From Takakia lepidozioides (Eukaryota; Plantae; Bryophyta), in contig CM060731.1 in NCBI GenBank assembly GCA_030704615.1, positions 14,136,001 through 14,200,000 of the forward strand: a stretch of 64,000 nt of DNA, written 5' to 3'. The translations under genes and the position numbers were made by a program. Within the stretch, counting starts at the first letter, position 1. Each line of letters begins with the position of its first letter. Shown here piece by piece: positions 1 through 13,300 of this stretch. The notes beneath the pieces were generated by a model. It made no database searches. It had not been told where the DNA came from and worked only from the letters and a program-made list of their open reading frames with translations.

Positions 1-507
1 TAGAAGCCAACTACATCTGGACTGCTTTAGTTTTCACAGTTGACGTGATAATGTTGTGTGAGAAGCAGGGCTGCTGGAATTTCAATATACATAGATGTGC
101 AACATCATCGTTTTCTCTCTAGACTGAGTTCTCTCACATTGTGCAACCAAGTTTCACACGAAATACTTGTGGGCTCGTCGATTTTGCAGGTGTTCTACAG
201 TAAGTCCGAGCCAGTCTGGACTGTGAGCAGTCTTCAAGATGTCAACAGCGCTTATGCTCACAATCAAAGGAATGTCCCTAATGTTACCCATCAACCCCGC
301 CGCATTCTGCCGGTAAACTTGTGGGCATGGTTTCTTTTCGCGTGATTAAGCTGCCTAACCCGGTCTAGTACTTCTTAGCTCATAGATTGGACGTTGCAAA
401 CGGACGATCAGTTCTTCAAACAAGTGGGCTGTTGTAACGTTTATTTAACCTACTGCACTGTGGAAAACTTGAAAGTCGGATGTCGTTGGTTGGTTGTCCT
501 TGTACTC

Positions 508-1188
508 ATGGGTGTGCAGACCATCGAACTGAGTGTACCCATGTGCTGCACGAAATGCGAAGAAATAGTGAGGGAATCTCTTCTGGATATGGAGGGTAAG
601 AATCTCCAGTGTCATGTTTTGTCAGCGAAATGATGGATCTATCTAGGATGTAAGTGTGAAGAGCTTGCATATGTAGGTAGCGCATCAAGTGTTCACTTCA
701 CGCCAGGGTGAGTTGATTTAGGCTGAAGAGCTTCTGGTAGTCTTTTCGAGTGTATTGAATGTCTCCAAAATGGATTACAGCCAAGTGGACGGATGGTGGA
801 AAGTGCAGGTGTTGTGGGGGTGACTTGTGATCTGTGGAATCAAAAGGTGACTGTTACTGGTCATACGGACCCGCTACGCGTGCTGAAGAAGATGAAGCGC
901 GTGAAGAAAAGGTCCCAGTTTTGGTCTCGATCAACCTCCAGTCAGTATGAGAGGGCTAGTCAGTACGAGAGGGCGGGCACAGCTGCAGAGAAGTCCAGTA
1001 TTCGTTTTGGCGACCATAGATCAGCTTACAACCAGCACCCTGCATATGGATCAGATTATAGGCCCTCTTACAACCAGTTTACTCCTGCGTACGGAGAATC
1101 TTATATCCACTCCTATGGGCCTTCCTACAACCAGTACAGTCATCCCCTTATCACGAATCCAAACTATCTGAAGCACATTCAGTACTAA
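508..1188 (+). CDS. HMA-domain (HPP-type, no CaaX) metallochaperone-like protein 1; exons ~508/520-595 and 809-1188
   Basis: TIELSVPMCCTKCEEIVRESLLDME|GVVGVTCDLWNQKVTVTG...VLKKMKRVKKRSQFW: HMA fold with CCxxC. GT donor at 596, AG acceptor at 807-808, in frame. Tyr-rich C-tail. The true first exon may lie upstream. Confidence 0.85.
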
Positions 1189-3954
1189 GTGCAGATGCAC
1201 ATCGCAAGTCCACATTGTGTTCATAGTGCCTCTATAATATGGGCATTGGAATTGGTGCATGCGAAGCTGTTTGGTCGGAATCGTCAGTCTAGTGCCTCAA
1301 CGACCGATCTTCTACATCGAGCAGGTCAGCAGCAAGCAGTAGTCCATCAAGCTGTCTAATCCCCATGGTCAATGTGGCAGCATGCACACTGTGTTGTTTT
1401 TACTTAACTTGTGAAGGCTTTTTCCCTGTGAGCCTCGCAGAACGTATATTTTCAGTTTCCCCGCTATATCTGGTGGCAGGATGTTCTCAGGGTCTAGAGC
1501 TGAAGAATGTGCACTTTTTCCCGATAGGTAATCTGTCGTGGTCACTATAAGGATGATGGAAGGAAGTGTCCATGGGCTCGCGGGGTTTACTATCGGATGT
1601 GTAAACTGTATGTAAATAAAATCAATCCCGCTTGTAAATGTATTTCCACCTGTAACTTACGTGCTGCCCACTGGTTCATGTTGGGGGAAGCTGCCACAAG
1701 AGCAGGCATGCGGTCTGCAAATTCTGTTGCGCAATCTCTTTAGTATACCAGTCTAGAGAAGACGTACATCCCATCTGCTATCTCCTAGTTCCTGCTCGTG
1801 CCAGTAATACTTGCTCATGATTTGAACATCAGTCAACATTGTGGCTTTTGAGGTGTGCATCTCAGGGATCATAAAACCGATTAGTTCACAGAGCTCTCAG
1901 CAGGAATGTGAGGGTATGTGATATAATTACCCAAACATAACCAAGCTGATATCGAACCCAAACGCGGGCTTACAGTCTAAAGGTCTAAACATTCCCAAGC
2001 GCATACTTAATATTAAAAGTTACAGAACAGATTAGTCTACCTATATGATGTACACTCTTCCCTGGTATAGATCCGTCTTTCGTACATCATAATCTGCTCA
2101 TGATCAGAAAATTATAGGCAGAATGCCAGAAATGGCTGGAATGGAGATCTGCCTGGAATTCATTACTGTTCGAGATACATCTGCACACAACTGTTGACGT
2201 TAGAGATCAGGCTTGGGCTGGCTCGGCCATATCAGCTTCACATGTAGTATCGATACTCGTCTTGATTGCTTTCTGTGGCATCCATCACGTCCTAGCCCAG
2301 GCTGCAGCTCCCGCATGCGCACGTGTGGTCGGCCATAGCAGCATCAGAATCAATCTCCTGCTAATCTTCTGGATCCTGCTGACATCCGCTCTTACATCCT
2401 CAATCACTCTGCAGCTGTCCAAAATTCTCCTTGGCAGCTGGCCAAGCCCTGCCTTCTTCAGTCAAGCACCTTCTTCCCTCGCAATCTTCTGACCTTCCTT
2501 CAAATCTTCTGCAAACTAATCACCGGGCCCAGTCCAAGGAAGCGGGTCCTCCACAGGAGCTTCACTCGGAGATGTACTTCGCATGAGATCCCTGCGAGAC
2601 CTCAGAATCCACACAGGGAAGCTCGTATGGAGAAAGAGAGAGAGAGAGAAGAGTACGTTGTTCAGCGCTTGCGGTGGATGAACCCCGATTTCTGTCCATC
2701 GAGTACAGACTGCATCCACAGCGGACGACTGGAGTCCACGAGTGGATGTACTGGACATACGTTGATAAAGTGCAAGGGATGGATGAGAAAAGCCCCGTCA
2801 ATAGAATAGAATCGCCTTGGGGCGAGAAGCCGATCTGAGGAAAGCGACCCAAATATATCCTTTTCAAACTGCGCAGTTTGGGACTTTCGATATGGGATAA
2901 TTCGAGAACAAATATAATGTCGCGACTCGCTAGCTAAGGTATAGCTACCTTGTTGAACGGACGGTCCGACGGATTGTTGGAAAAGAAACCGGCGGCTGTA
3001 TGAAATAAATGCCCCAGCCGACCGTTTCTGGGGCAAATTCTGGGAAAATGTGGGGGGGAATTATCCCATAATGTTTGGCGGGGTTGGCAGGGCGGACGGG
3101 TATTTAAGAGGGCCGTCTAATCATTCAAGGCTCAAGTGCGTCAGGGCTTTGCGGTACAGTGCGACTGTACTGCTCCGGAAGACGTAAAGGCCCAAGTGTG
3201 TGGGTGACGGACGGCCGTCACCGTATTATCACCGTATCCGATGATCTAGGGAGAAGAAAGGCCTGCAAGGAAATCCGCGAGATCTCTAACGTTGTCCACC
3301 ACACCGTCCTCTCCGTCTCGCTGTCCCGAGGAAGCGATGGTGTGAGGTGAGCCGCTGATGAATCAGTTGCTATAGAGTCACAGTGGGAACCGAGAAAGAT
3401 CTATTCAAGTTGTGAGTTGGGAGCACCTGTCTGCAGCGCTCGATCGAGTCTGGCTGAGTTGAGCTGTCGTTTGACAGTGTGAAGGAAGGAGGGGGAGAGA
3501 AGTGAAAGTGTGAGGACGATGATGTCCGTGGGTGATGTATGACTCTACTACCTTGCAAACTCTCGTCTTCCTCCCTACTAGTGGCGCACATTCGTGCAAT
3601 TTGCTTGTTTGTTGTTACCTTGGTTTGAGCTCCTCTTGCCAACCTCTGTTGTGACGGTGGAGCGTTGTGTTTGTAGCTGTTCTATGGCGGGAGAGACACA
3701 AATCATCAGCCTCATTACATGATGTCGGTATGTTCCTGCGTGCTACCCCAAATCTCCGCACAATTCCTGTGCTTGTCAAGCAGCTTTTCTCCATAGCTTT
3801 GTTGATTACCTGTTTCACGGCTTGCTCATGCACCCATATGACGTCCATATTTTTGATTGAGCTAAGTTGCGCTTCCCAGTCCAACAGGCCACACTTGACT
3901 GATGCTTGCTATGTGCGGGTAGCTCATTTTCTTTGACCTGTATTATGCTTGTAG

Positions 3955-4582
3955 GCTATCGAGCTGAAGGTTCCTATGTGCTGTTCGAAATGCGAAGACA
4001 AAGTAAGGAAAGCTCTTTTGGATACGGAGGGTAAGCTTCAAGGACCCAGACTAAAGTTGCAGTAAGCCTTTTGCACCACTCTCAGGAAGAGGAGACGCGT
4101 AGAGTAGGTCGTCGGATATCTCCGATGTAGTGCTGAATTGAAGGTGCATTGTAAGCCTCTTCCTTCTGCTTCGTTGTGTGGTTGAGATGTCGCGTCTCCT
4201 GTGGTAGTTACTAAACCGTCATCGAAGTGAATGTGCAGGCGTATATGAGGTGACAACTGACCAAGTCAAGCAGAAGGTGACCATTGTAGGAAATATGGTT
4301 CCCGAGATTGTCCTGAATCGAGTGCGCCGCATCAAGAAGCGCTCTGATTACTGGAACCGCAGCAGCAGTTATCATAAGTGGAGCTCCCACAGCCATGGCG
4401 ACCACTCAGCCGTCTACAGCCCTTCTCAGAACGAATCCTATTATGGCCAGTACAATCCTCCCTACATGGAATCATCTTTTGATCGAACATCGTACAGTCA
4501 GTCTGCCTTCGGCCCCGCCTACATCGAGACCACTTACAGCGAGCAAACGCCCTCCTACAACCAGTTCTACGACCCTTACTAA
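3955..4582 (+). CDS. HMA-domain protein 2, paralogue of gene 1; exons 3955-4030 and 4239-4582, start exon not located
   Basis: AIELKVPMCCSKCEDKVRKALLDTE|GVYEVTTDQVKQKVTIVG...RRIKKRSDYW. Same intron position and phase as gene 1, GT-AG sites present. Confidence 0.85.
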
Positions 4583-6159
4583 CTCCCTCTTCAACTGCTG
4601 GCACATGCTATGGGCGGGCCTGTGGATGTAGATTGCCCCTGGAAAACGAGCAATACTTTGTTTTTGCCAGTCTTGCAGCTGCCCTCTGATCAATTTTGGT
4701 GTCTTAAGGTGGTGCGCTTCGTGGGTAGAGCCAAGCAGCAACATGTCCAGTTTTAAGCTGGTGGGGTCCATAGCAGCTGTGTGTACCTTCTCACCAAGTG
4801 TGTGTATATACTCCAAGAGAGCTGTAGAGTGGAATTGGTCTGGAATGGAGCCCTGCAGTGTACAGTGGACAAACCACCCTCATTTTGTACTCTCGACCGT
4901 CCAATTCAGCTCGTTTACCATACGTGTCCTCTACGTGTATATATCCTGAGGGAGAGTGAATTGTCAGACTTATCTTGAATCCACTGCAAGGCATTTCAGG
5001 TCTTTGAATTGAAAAGCAATCTACGAAAAAAGTGTTGCCTGTTGCATTGTGCAGTCCGATTGATTAAGAGTGGGATGATTGAAAGCTTGCATCTCCCTAG
5101 ACCTGTATGTTATTGTGGGCTCGAAGCTAATTTGTGATCAACATGATGTTTTAGCATACGGGCACACTGCACACATCGAGATGCAAACAGCAAATTGGAA
5201 TGTCCGTTATACATAAGCGACGTGGTAAATGCTAAGCTCATTGAAAGATTCAAAGATGGGCTTTTCGCTTGTTGCACACTTGAGCAAAACGGAATATTCT
5301 ACAATTTAGTAATATCCCAATGAAGCAGCGAAAATATTGTCAGGCGAGAAAAATTGCAAAACTTTTGAAATTATGTGCTCGCGACAGTACACGTCGTCCG
5401 GTACTTGAAATACACTCCCTGACAACAAATTTTCAAATGAACGTTGCCTGAAAAAGTAGTTGTTGAATCTTTGGACGACTCGTATGTTGTATATTTAGCG
5501 ACTCTTTCCTGATATTATAAGCGGAAAAAATTAACTAATTGTTATATAGTATATATTTCTAATTCTGTATTGCACGCAATCAGTGTTTATTTTTGCAGGG
5601 CACGTTAGACTTGCATTTGCAAGTTCCTTAAAAAATTTGCCCATCATGTTGGAGGGCTGTAATTTTGACACCCCTTCATTTTTTTTGGCGGCCATTCGGC
5701 GAGCATGCATGTAACATAAAAATAATTTTGCTGTACAATACACATGAAATGAAAGTCTTTTTACCTCCACGTATGATAAAATTATGAGAGAAATTCAATT
5801 TGAATCTATTTCCAATGGAAAAGCTCTACGGTTCTTCATGCTCTACGGTTCTTCTACATAAAGAAACCCGCATGAATGCATCCTCAACTTCAATGTATTT
5901 CTACTTCAATGTATTTCTTTTTTTATCTTTAAATAAAAAGGGGAGGAAGCCCTTTAAATCATATTAATAAAGGATTCTGGAATAAATAACAGAACAGAAG
6001 GCCATAATTTGACGGATTGGATATCACCCTTACTGCCCACCAATGAGTATGGAAATGCCCCATCCAACCAACGGGGAGAACCGGCAGCTAGTTACATGCT
6101 AGCCGACTGATTCCGAGGATTTCCGAGTGAAAATTGAAACCTTCGGAAATTTACCGAGT

Positions 6160-6830
6160 ATCCCGAATGTGCTTGATTAAGGTGTCGTCAACGACATCTT
6201 AATTCACAGTTCGAGTTGGCACATGACAATTCATGGAAAAACCAAAAACCCCAAAAATTCACCCAAAAAATTTCAACCCAAAAAAATCTGATGGCGAACA
6301 GCCTTGGCGGTAAGGCGGTGTGTGTGCAGGTGCTAGGGATTAAGGTGTCGTCAACGACATCTTAATTCCCAGCAAGTTTTCAATAAAACAAATAAAACAA
6401 AAAACAAAAACAAAAAAACAATTTTTTATTTTTTTATTTTTTTTCCCCCGAATGTGCCAGATTAAGGTGTCGTCAACGACATCTTAATTCCCAGTACGAG
6501 TTGGCACATGACAATTCATGGAAAAACCAAAAACCCCAAAAAAATTCACCCAAAAAATTTCAACCCAAAAAATTCTGATGGCTAACAGCCTTGGCGGTAA
6601 GGCGGTGTGTGTGCAGCTGCTAGGGATTAAGGTTTCGTCAACGACATCTTAATTGCTAGTACAAGTTGACACATGACAATTCATGGAAAAACCCAAAATC
6701 CCAAAAAAATTCACCCAAACATTTCAACCCAAAAATATGATAGCGAACAAGCCTTGGTGGTAAGGCGGTGGTGTGTGTGCATGTGCTAGGGATTAAGGTG
6801 TCGTCAACGACATCTTAATTCCCAGTACGT
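6160..6830. repeat. Tandem array, ~165-bp unit, each with a 28-bp near-palindrome
   Basis: ATTAAGGTGTCGTCAACGACATCTTAAT at 6176, 6339, 6461, 6626 (variant) and 6792; the intervening sequence is itself repeated. Confidence 0.9.
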
Positions 6831-7756
6831 GTTTTGAAACGTTTATTTATAAAACACGAGTTCACCTCTCTACCTTCTTTAGATTTGGGTGTGAGCCTCT
6901 CTCTCAACCTTGGATACCTGGAAAAATGACAAGTAACCCCTCCTCAATTAACAAAGCAATGTGGATTCATTGTTGGCAATATACAGTGCACTTTCACAAT
7001 TGATTTGTAAGCAAGACTAGCATGGTTTAAAGGATTTCGGAGCTCGAGGGATTTGGGAGCCTACTACTACAAAACAACTTTATATTATTTCATTCATCCA
7101 TGTCTCATTCATCATACATACATTCATCCGCCATTCATCCCTCATTCATCCCAGCAACATCCATAATCGAGCTTGTAATACTGGTCACTCTGCGCAGTAA
7201 TAGGTCTTCTAAGTCGAGTAGGCGTCCGCGGTTATAGGTGGGCAGATCCTGAAGCGTGAGCAGATTTCTGCTCACGGAATTTTTTGCTCGCGGGATCTGC
7301 TCACAGAAGAGCATCCCCCCTCTAAGAGGGCATTGGTCTCTTGGGCCTAGCTCTGAATACCTTTGTTGTACTCTACCAACGATGCATAGATTAAACAAAG
7401 CACACAATCATACACAGAGGCTCCAAGTACACATTGCTTGGAGGCCAACAATATTGTATTATATAAGATAAGTTGCATACACTCTCTGGTACAAAAGGCT
7501 TGGTTCATAGCTCACATGCTCTCAAGCTAACCCTGAACTCTAAGCTCCAAGAAGCAACCATTGATGATGCATTGACACACACACACACTAAACTAAGAGA
7601 GACAAGAAACTACTAAAGACCTTGGTACCAGCTAAGTTGGGAACTGGCAGTAACAAGAAGTCATCATTCATTGCCTGCATTGTTGTATGCTTCTCCTCTA
7701 TTGATGCTATCAGCACCGTGATGTACTGCTCTACTCTACTATGTAAATATGAATAC

Positions 7757-9745
7757 AACAACCTCGAAAAGAAGGCGGTCTTGGTCTAATAGACCCTTCC
7801 TTGCAGATTTCTGCTCTCCTTGCTAAATGGATTCCTAAGACTCTACATTATGGGAACAGCCCCTGGTGCATCTTGGTGAGAGAGCATCTAGTGAATACCA
7901 TACCTTCCAGCTCAGCTTCATGGGCTCCATCCTCAAAATGGCTGGTCCAGGGGGTCTGTTCAATCAAAGAGTAAAGGCTCTGTTGCTTGGAATTCCATTT
8001 GGGATGCATGGAATTCCATTAGGCCGCATTTGACTCAAAGGAAGGCCTCCTACTTCGAGGAAGCTATTCGCCAGCCATTATTTGGCAATCTCAATCTTGG
8101 CTATGAGCCCTTGGCCACTTTGAGCAAGAAATGGGCTACGTGGGAATCCAAATGGCTCTCGCATGTGGCCAATGTCTAGGAGAATGGTGGTTTCCTTGAA
8201 CCCCCTCTCCTTTCCTCCATTCTTTCAGCTTCCTCCATTCAAAATGGTTGGGATCATATTATGCAAGGAGTCTCATATGTGCTACATGTATTAATAGAAG
8301 GAGGATGCACTACCCTTCTGGGCTGTTGGTTTGGCAGATCCAATGGAAACACGCTCAACGCTCTATTAACTATTTCATCCTCCGACACACATTGGCTATG
8401 TCTACGTTTCAAGTCCTTGCCAAATGGGTTGCTTACTCTCATTGGGTCGGGAGATCTGCATCATGATGAGGCGAACAGAATTAGAGTCCTGGATGCGCTT
8501 TTGGATACTCTAGACCCCATGCCGCCCTCTGGTGAAGAGTTATGATGGGCTCTTAGAACTCCTCTCGTTTGGTTCTTTCGTTTCCCTCTCAGCAGATTGC
8601 AACTGGACCCTGGAGAATGGAGGTGGATGGACAGCTCCAAAACCCCATTTTTGGGTTACACCGTCAAAACAAGGTATATGATGTTGTTGGGTCAAGCTTG
8701 CTTCCAAGCCAAATGGAATAGGAAATGGAACATATATTTGCCTGCCCAAGGTTGGAACTGTGTGTGGAAAGACATTTGGGCCAAGCATCATTCAGCGAAA
8801 GTCAGTGCGTTTTTATGGAAGCTTGCTAACCGGATCCTACCTGTTGTTGATACCGTCACTGATCATGACCCCTTTTGCCTGGCTTGTAATTGTGGGATAA
8901 GAGAGACAATCGAGCATTGTCTGCTACACTGTCATATATCCTCAAGGGTTTGGCATTATGTTCACACTTTCTTTTCCAACTGGAGAACTCTGCCACCCTT
9001 GTCTGCTTCTTTGTTACTTCTCAACTTGCATAATGGGTCTTCTTGGATTAGTTGTCCGATTTGGGCTTATCTCAGAGCTCACTCTCTCTAGTCAATTTGG
9101 AAGGCTAAATATTCCTTGGTTTTCGAGGGAAAGCGCCCCAGCATCAGATCTATTCTTTGCAAATTGTTTGTGGATATGATGACTGAGGGGCGTAAGGCTT
9201 GGGTGTCTCTTTGGAGGAGCCTAATGTCTGATGACGCCCGTTGATGTGGGGAGCCTCGGACTCAGCAGGCGATTTGCCAATCCCTGGGGAGGTCGTCATG
9301 CCAAGCGACTCTAGATTCAAAGAGCCTGGAGCAGAGGAGGTTGCCCTTAGCCCATGTGAGATCAATTTCCGAGAACAACTGTTGGTTCCTTCATTCACTG
9401 CACCTAAAAAGTCAGCTTCATTTTGGGATTTGAGTTCCCACTGGAGCCTGGGTGGCGTCAAGCTGGCACCCTGTCAGTCTCTTGCAATGCGCTTGCATCT
9501 TATTTAGCTCTGCCTTATGTACTTGGCAGCTTGCTCTTGCAAACTCCCGTTTGTAGGCCGCAGTCCGGCACCATCGCACTTCTCCCCCACCAGTCCCTTT
9601 TGGTTCTGGGCATTCCCCATGTGCTAAGCTTTTATGGCCTTCCCGGAGGTTATTTTTTCCTCCTCTCTGTTTTTTTTTTCCTTTATTAATAAAGTTGATC
9701 CAGGGCCTAGGCTGTCCCCTGTTCTCTAAAAAATAAAAAATAAAA
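7757..9745 (+). mobile_element. 5'-truncated, decayed L1-clade LINE (post-RT region, zf-RVT, A-rich tail)
   Basis: PRKEGGLGLID at ~7760; ORF 8597-9091 WKDIW...KVSAFLWKL...CLAC...ETIEHCLLHC; AATAAA then A-rich tail at 9728-9745. Confidence 0.8.
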
Positions 9746-10339
9746 TCTTGGTCTGCTTTCAAAAACAAACGGTTAGTATGGTTCCTCTTTGCGAATAGTG
9801 AAATCTACTTTCATCTATAAGAGAGCTGAAAATTTATACATTTATTTTTTTATAAATTGTTCAATTACAAAGATGTTATCCGATGGAGGTATTACCTTGA
9901 GAAGCATACCAAGAATTAGTTTTCAGCAAAGAAAGGAGGTAACAATTGGGAAAGGCACAACATGGGCTTAGCAATTGTTGACATGAGACTACCGTCCTTG
10001 GACAACCGTTTAGGCGATAGTTATTCAAAATGAAAGTGCCTAATGCATTCTGGGAATTTTTCAGATTTTGGCCTAATTGTTTGGAAACTATGGGACCAAA
10101 GTGCCTAAAGCCAAAAAATTCCAGCAAAACCTTCGGCATACTGGAGTGGGGCACATAGTTGTAGAGGACATCGTAGGTTACAAGGTCCACAGCGGCATCA
10201 ACAAGACGACGAAAGCCTACCGAGAGTTTAAGGGAGGCTTACACGCGCATGAGGCGATTGATAAATGTAACCCAAGGGGTTACGGAAGCTCAAGCAGTCC
10301 AATTTTGGTATGGGAGGTAAATCATGGTAACTTCCAGTA

Positions 10340-13300
10340 ATATGGTAATTTGATAATTTCTGGTATTTACTCCTGGTAAATTCCTCTGGGCTATGTCCGT
10401 GACATCACCCCCTCCTTTAGCGCCGAGTTCCTCGAGGAGCGGTAAAATCTTGGACTTGCTTAGAGTTGGAGAAAATCCAAAATCCGGCGAATGGTACTTG
10501 CCAAGTATTCGGCTATTTGTTCTTGACTCAAATGAATTATAGGTCCCTTCAACCATCGATAGTGTCCAACACCTTGAACTTGGGACCACGTAGTGATTTG
10601 AGCATTCTGATTTTCGAAGCTGCCTTCAAATATGATTTTGTTACCCTCTGGGTCCGAAGCCTCAACCTCTAACAGAATTATCAGACTTCGAGTAGGCTCC
10701 ACTTGCCTAGTTACTCGCTTTGATGCGCGCGCCTGACTCCCAACCTGGCCGCCGGGCCAACTTGAAGCTTCGGCTGTTCACCGGGGCATAACGGTCCCCC
10801 TTTGTTCTCCCAAAGAACCCTCCACCGATTTGGAACCAGCGGGAATTCCCTTTGGTAGTTGGCAGTCCGGAACAGCTCCCCACTCTTTGGTCGCTTTCCG
10901 GCTCGCTCGCTTACTCACTAGTTTTTGGTCACCAACGGGCTTGCACCGTTCTCGGGGTTACTACTCCCTATATATACTTCTGTAGCTGTCCGCGGGGGTT
11001 TCACAACCAGCCATGCCATTTTATGGCGAACCACCACGAAAACCCTCGACTCCCGGTGATGAGTCGCGGTGAGTCTTGGCCCACTCACCACGGCCCCTAT
11101 GGACCGTGATGAGTCCCAAGACTCCCCACGACTCCCACCACGAGGTCTCCGCCCCACGGTGAGTCTTATGCCACCCCCACTAAGTCCCGCTAAGCTACCA
11201 CCACCCCTTGTGGAGCCACCCCCACCGCAACCCGGTGTGCGGGGCTCCACCTAGTGAGCGCCTCCGCCTCATTGAGTGCCTTGGGCACTCAAGGGTGCTT
11301 CAGCCAGCCCCCCATACCTATCGCTGCCGCTGCCCCCACCACAGGGGCAGCCCCTCATGTGTCCCGACCCCCCTACCCTCAAGGCAAAGGGCCGCGACAT
11401 GTGGTGCTGCTCCCTCTTTAGCGTGTATCAGGTACATTGAATGTGGAGTATTCACTTTGAAGCTAACTTGGCTGACATTATCGTTGTGACGTCTTATTGA
11501 CGTGTAGCTCGGGGCTTAGCTGGATATTGTTGATGAAACTCTTGGACTTTGTCAGATGCATTGGCGAGGTTGGATGAAGGTTCCCACGTTCGTTCGCTGA
11601 TGTCGTAGCTTTTCCAATGTATGAAATACTCAAGACGTTTATACTTGATGCGAGAGTCTAGGACTTCATCGACTTCATATTCAATTTCCAGATTGACTTC
11701 GATTGGTGGAGGTGGTACGGAGACTCTTCTTGAAATATTCGATGGATGATACAACTCTAATAATGAAACATGAAAGACTGGATGGATGCGCATACTTCGT
11801 GGGAGTTCAAGCCGAAAACTGACCGGATTTATTTGTCGAATAATTTTGAATGGTCCCAGACATTGATAATCCAACTTCCTTGATGGTCGCAATGTTTGTA
11901 TGTCCCGTCGAAGAAGCCACACACGATCTCCGACCTTGAACTGGGGTTGGAGTTGGCGACATTGATCTGCGTACTCCTTGTATTGTTTTGAGCTTCTGTG
12001 AGGTGGAATGTAAGCTCCTTGTGAATCGTAGCGAGATGAGTAGCAAGGTTTCTGCAGCAGGGTTTCCAACAGTCTTCATGTGGAAAGGGTTTGCTCAAGG
12101 ATGATGACCATAATTAGAGAAAAATGGAGTTTGCTTGGTCGAAGAATGTATAGTGTTGTTGTAGGCAAACTCAGCTAATGACAAAAGGTCCGTCCAATTA
12201 TCTTAGTGATAATTTATCATACAGCGAAGATACTGCTCCAAAATCTGGTTTACACGTTCGGTTTGACCATCAGTCTGTGGATGATTAGCTGTAGAGAGGT
12301 TGATCTTAGTATCCAATATGTGAAATAATCCCCTCCAGAAATTCGATATGAACTGTGGTCCTCGATCAGATACGATGTCCTTCGGGAGTCCATGAATGCG
12401 GTAGATATTATTGAGGAAGAGTATTGCAGTTTCCTCGTCGGTAACCGTCTTATTACATGGAATGAAATGTGTCATCTTTGTAAAACGATCTATAATAACA
12501 AGGATTGAATCGGTGGTCTTGGAAATTGGAAGGTCCGTAATAAAGTCCATAGACACGGACGACCATGGACCCTTGGGAATGGGTAATGGTTGAAGAGGCT
12601 GTAAGGTCGATGTCGTGGTCCCTTCGCTCTAGTACACGTGTCGCAAGATTTTATAAATTCTTTCACGAGTTTCCACATCTGCGGCCACCAATAGTCCCTG
12701 GATATCAATTCCATTGTTTTGTTGAAGCCGAAATGTCCTGCAGCCGGAAGATCATGACATGTTTGAAGAATTCAAAGTCGTGTAGGTCCTGGAGGTACAT
12801 AGAAAAGTCCCTTGAAATAAAGTAAGTCATCTTGGAATTCGAAGTCGTTTGTAACATGTGGGTTGTCTTGAGGTCGATTTAGTTGACTTCGTAGTGTCGT
12901 GGCAAATTGGTCGCTCTTCAGTGCTTCCTTAATCTTCTTTATGATCTCTACATCATCATAGGTGGACATGGATAGCATATTCACTTGGAGATTTGCTGGT
13001 TTCAAGATGATGGATTTCTGTTGGTCAAAAGCTACATCCCCTTCTTTTGGCGCAAGATACGATCGTTGAGAACAAGCATCTGGTTTTCCTTGAAGATGTC
13101 GGGGACGGTAGGTAATAACAAAATCAAACCTTGCTAATGACATACTCCATCTCGCTTGACATCGATTCAAAACACGAGCACTCATAAAATACTCGAGGTT
13201 TTTGTGATCTGTATAGACTGTGACACGATGTTTAGCTCCCTCCAATAGATGACGCCACTCCTCAAAAGCATTGATAATCGCTAGAAGTTTTTTGTCATGG

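Noticed and set aside
1917-2720. Possible solo LTR between the HMA genes
   Set aside because: LTR-like composition but no partner, clear end or TSD.
6160-6830. CRISPR array (28-bp palindromic repeats)
   Set aside because: Spacers are ~95-140 bp and mostly copies of each other; no cas genes; eukaryotic context.
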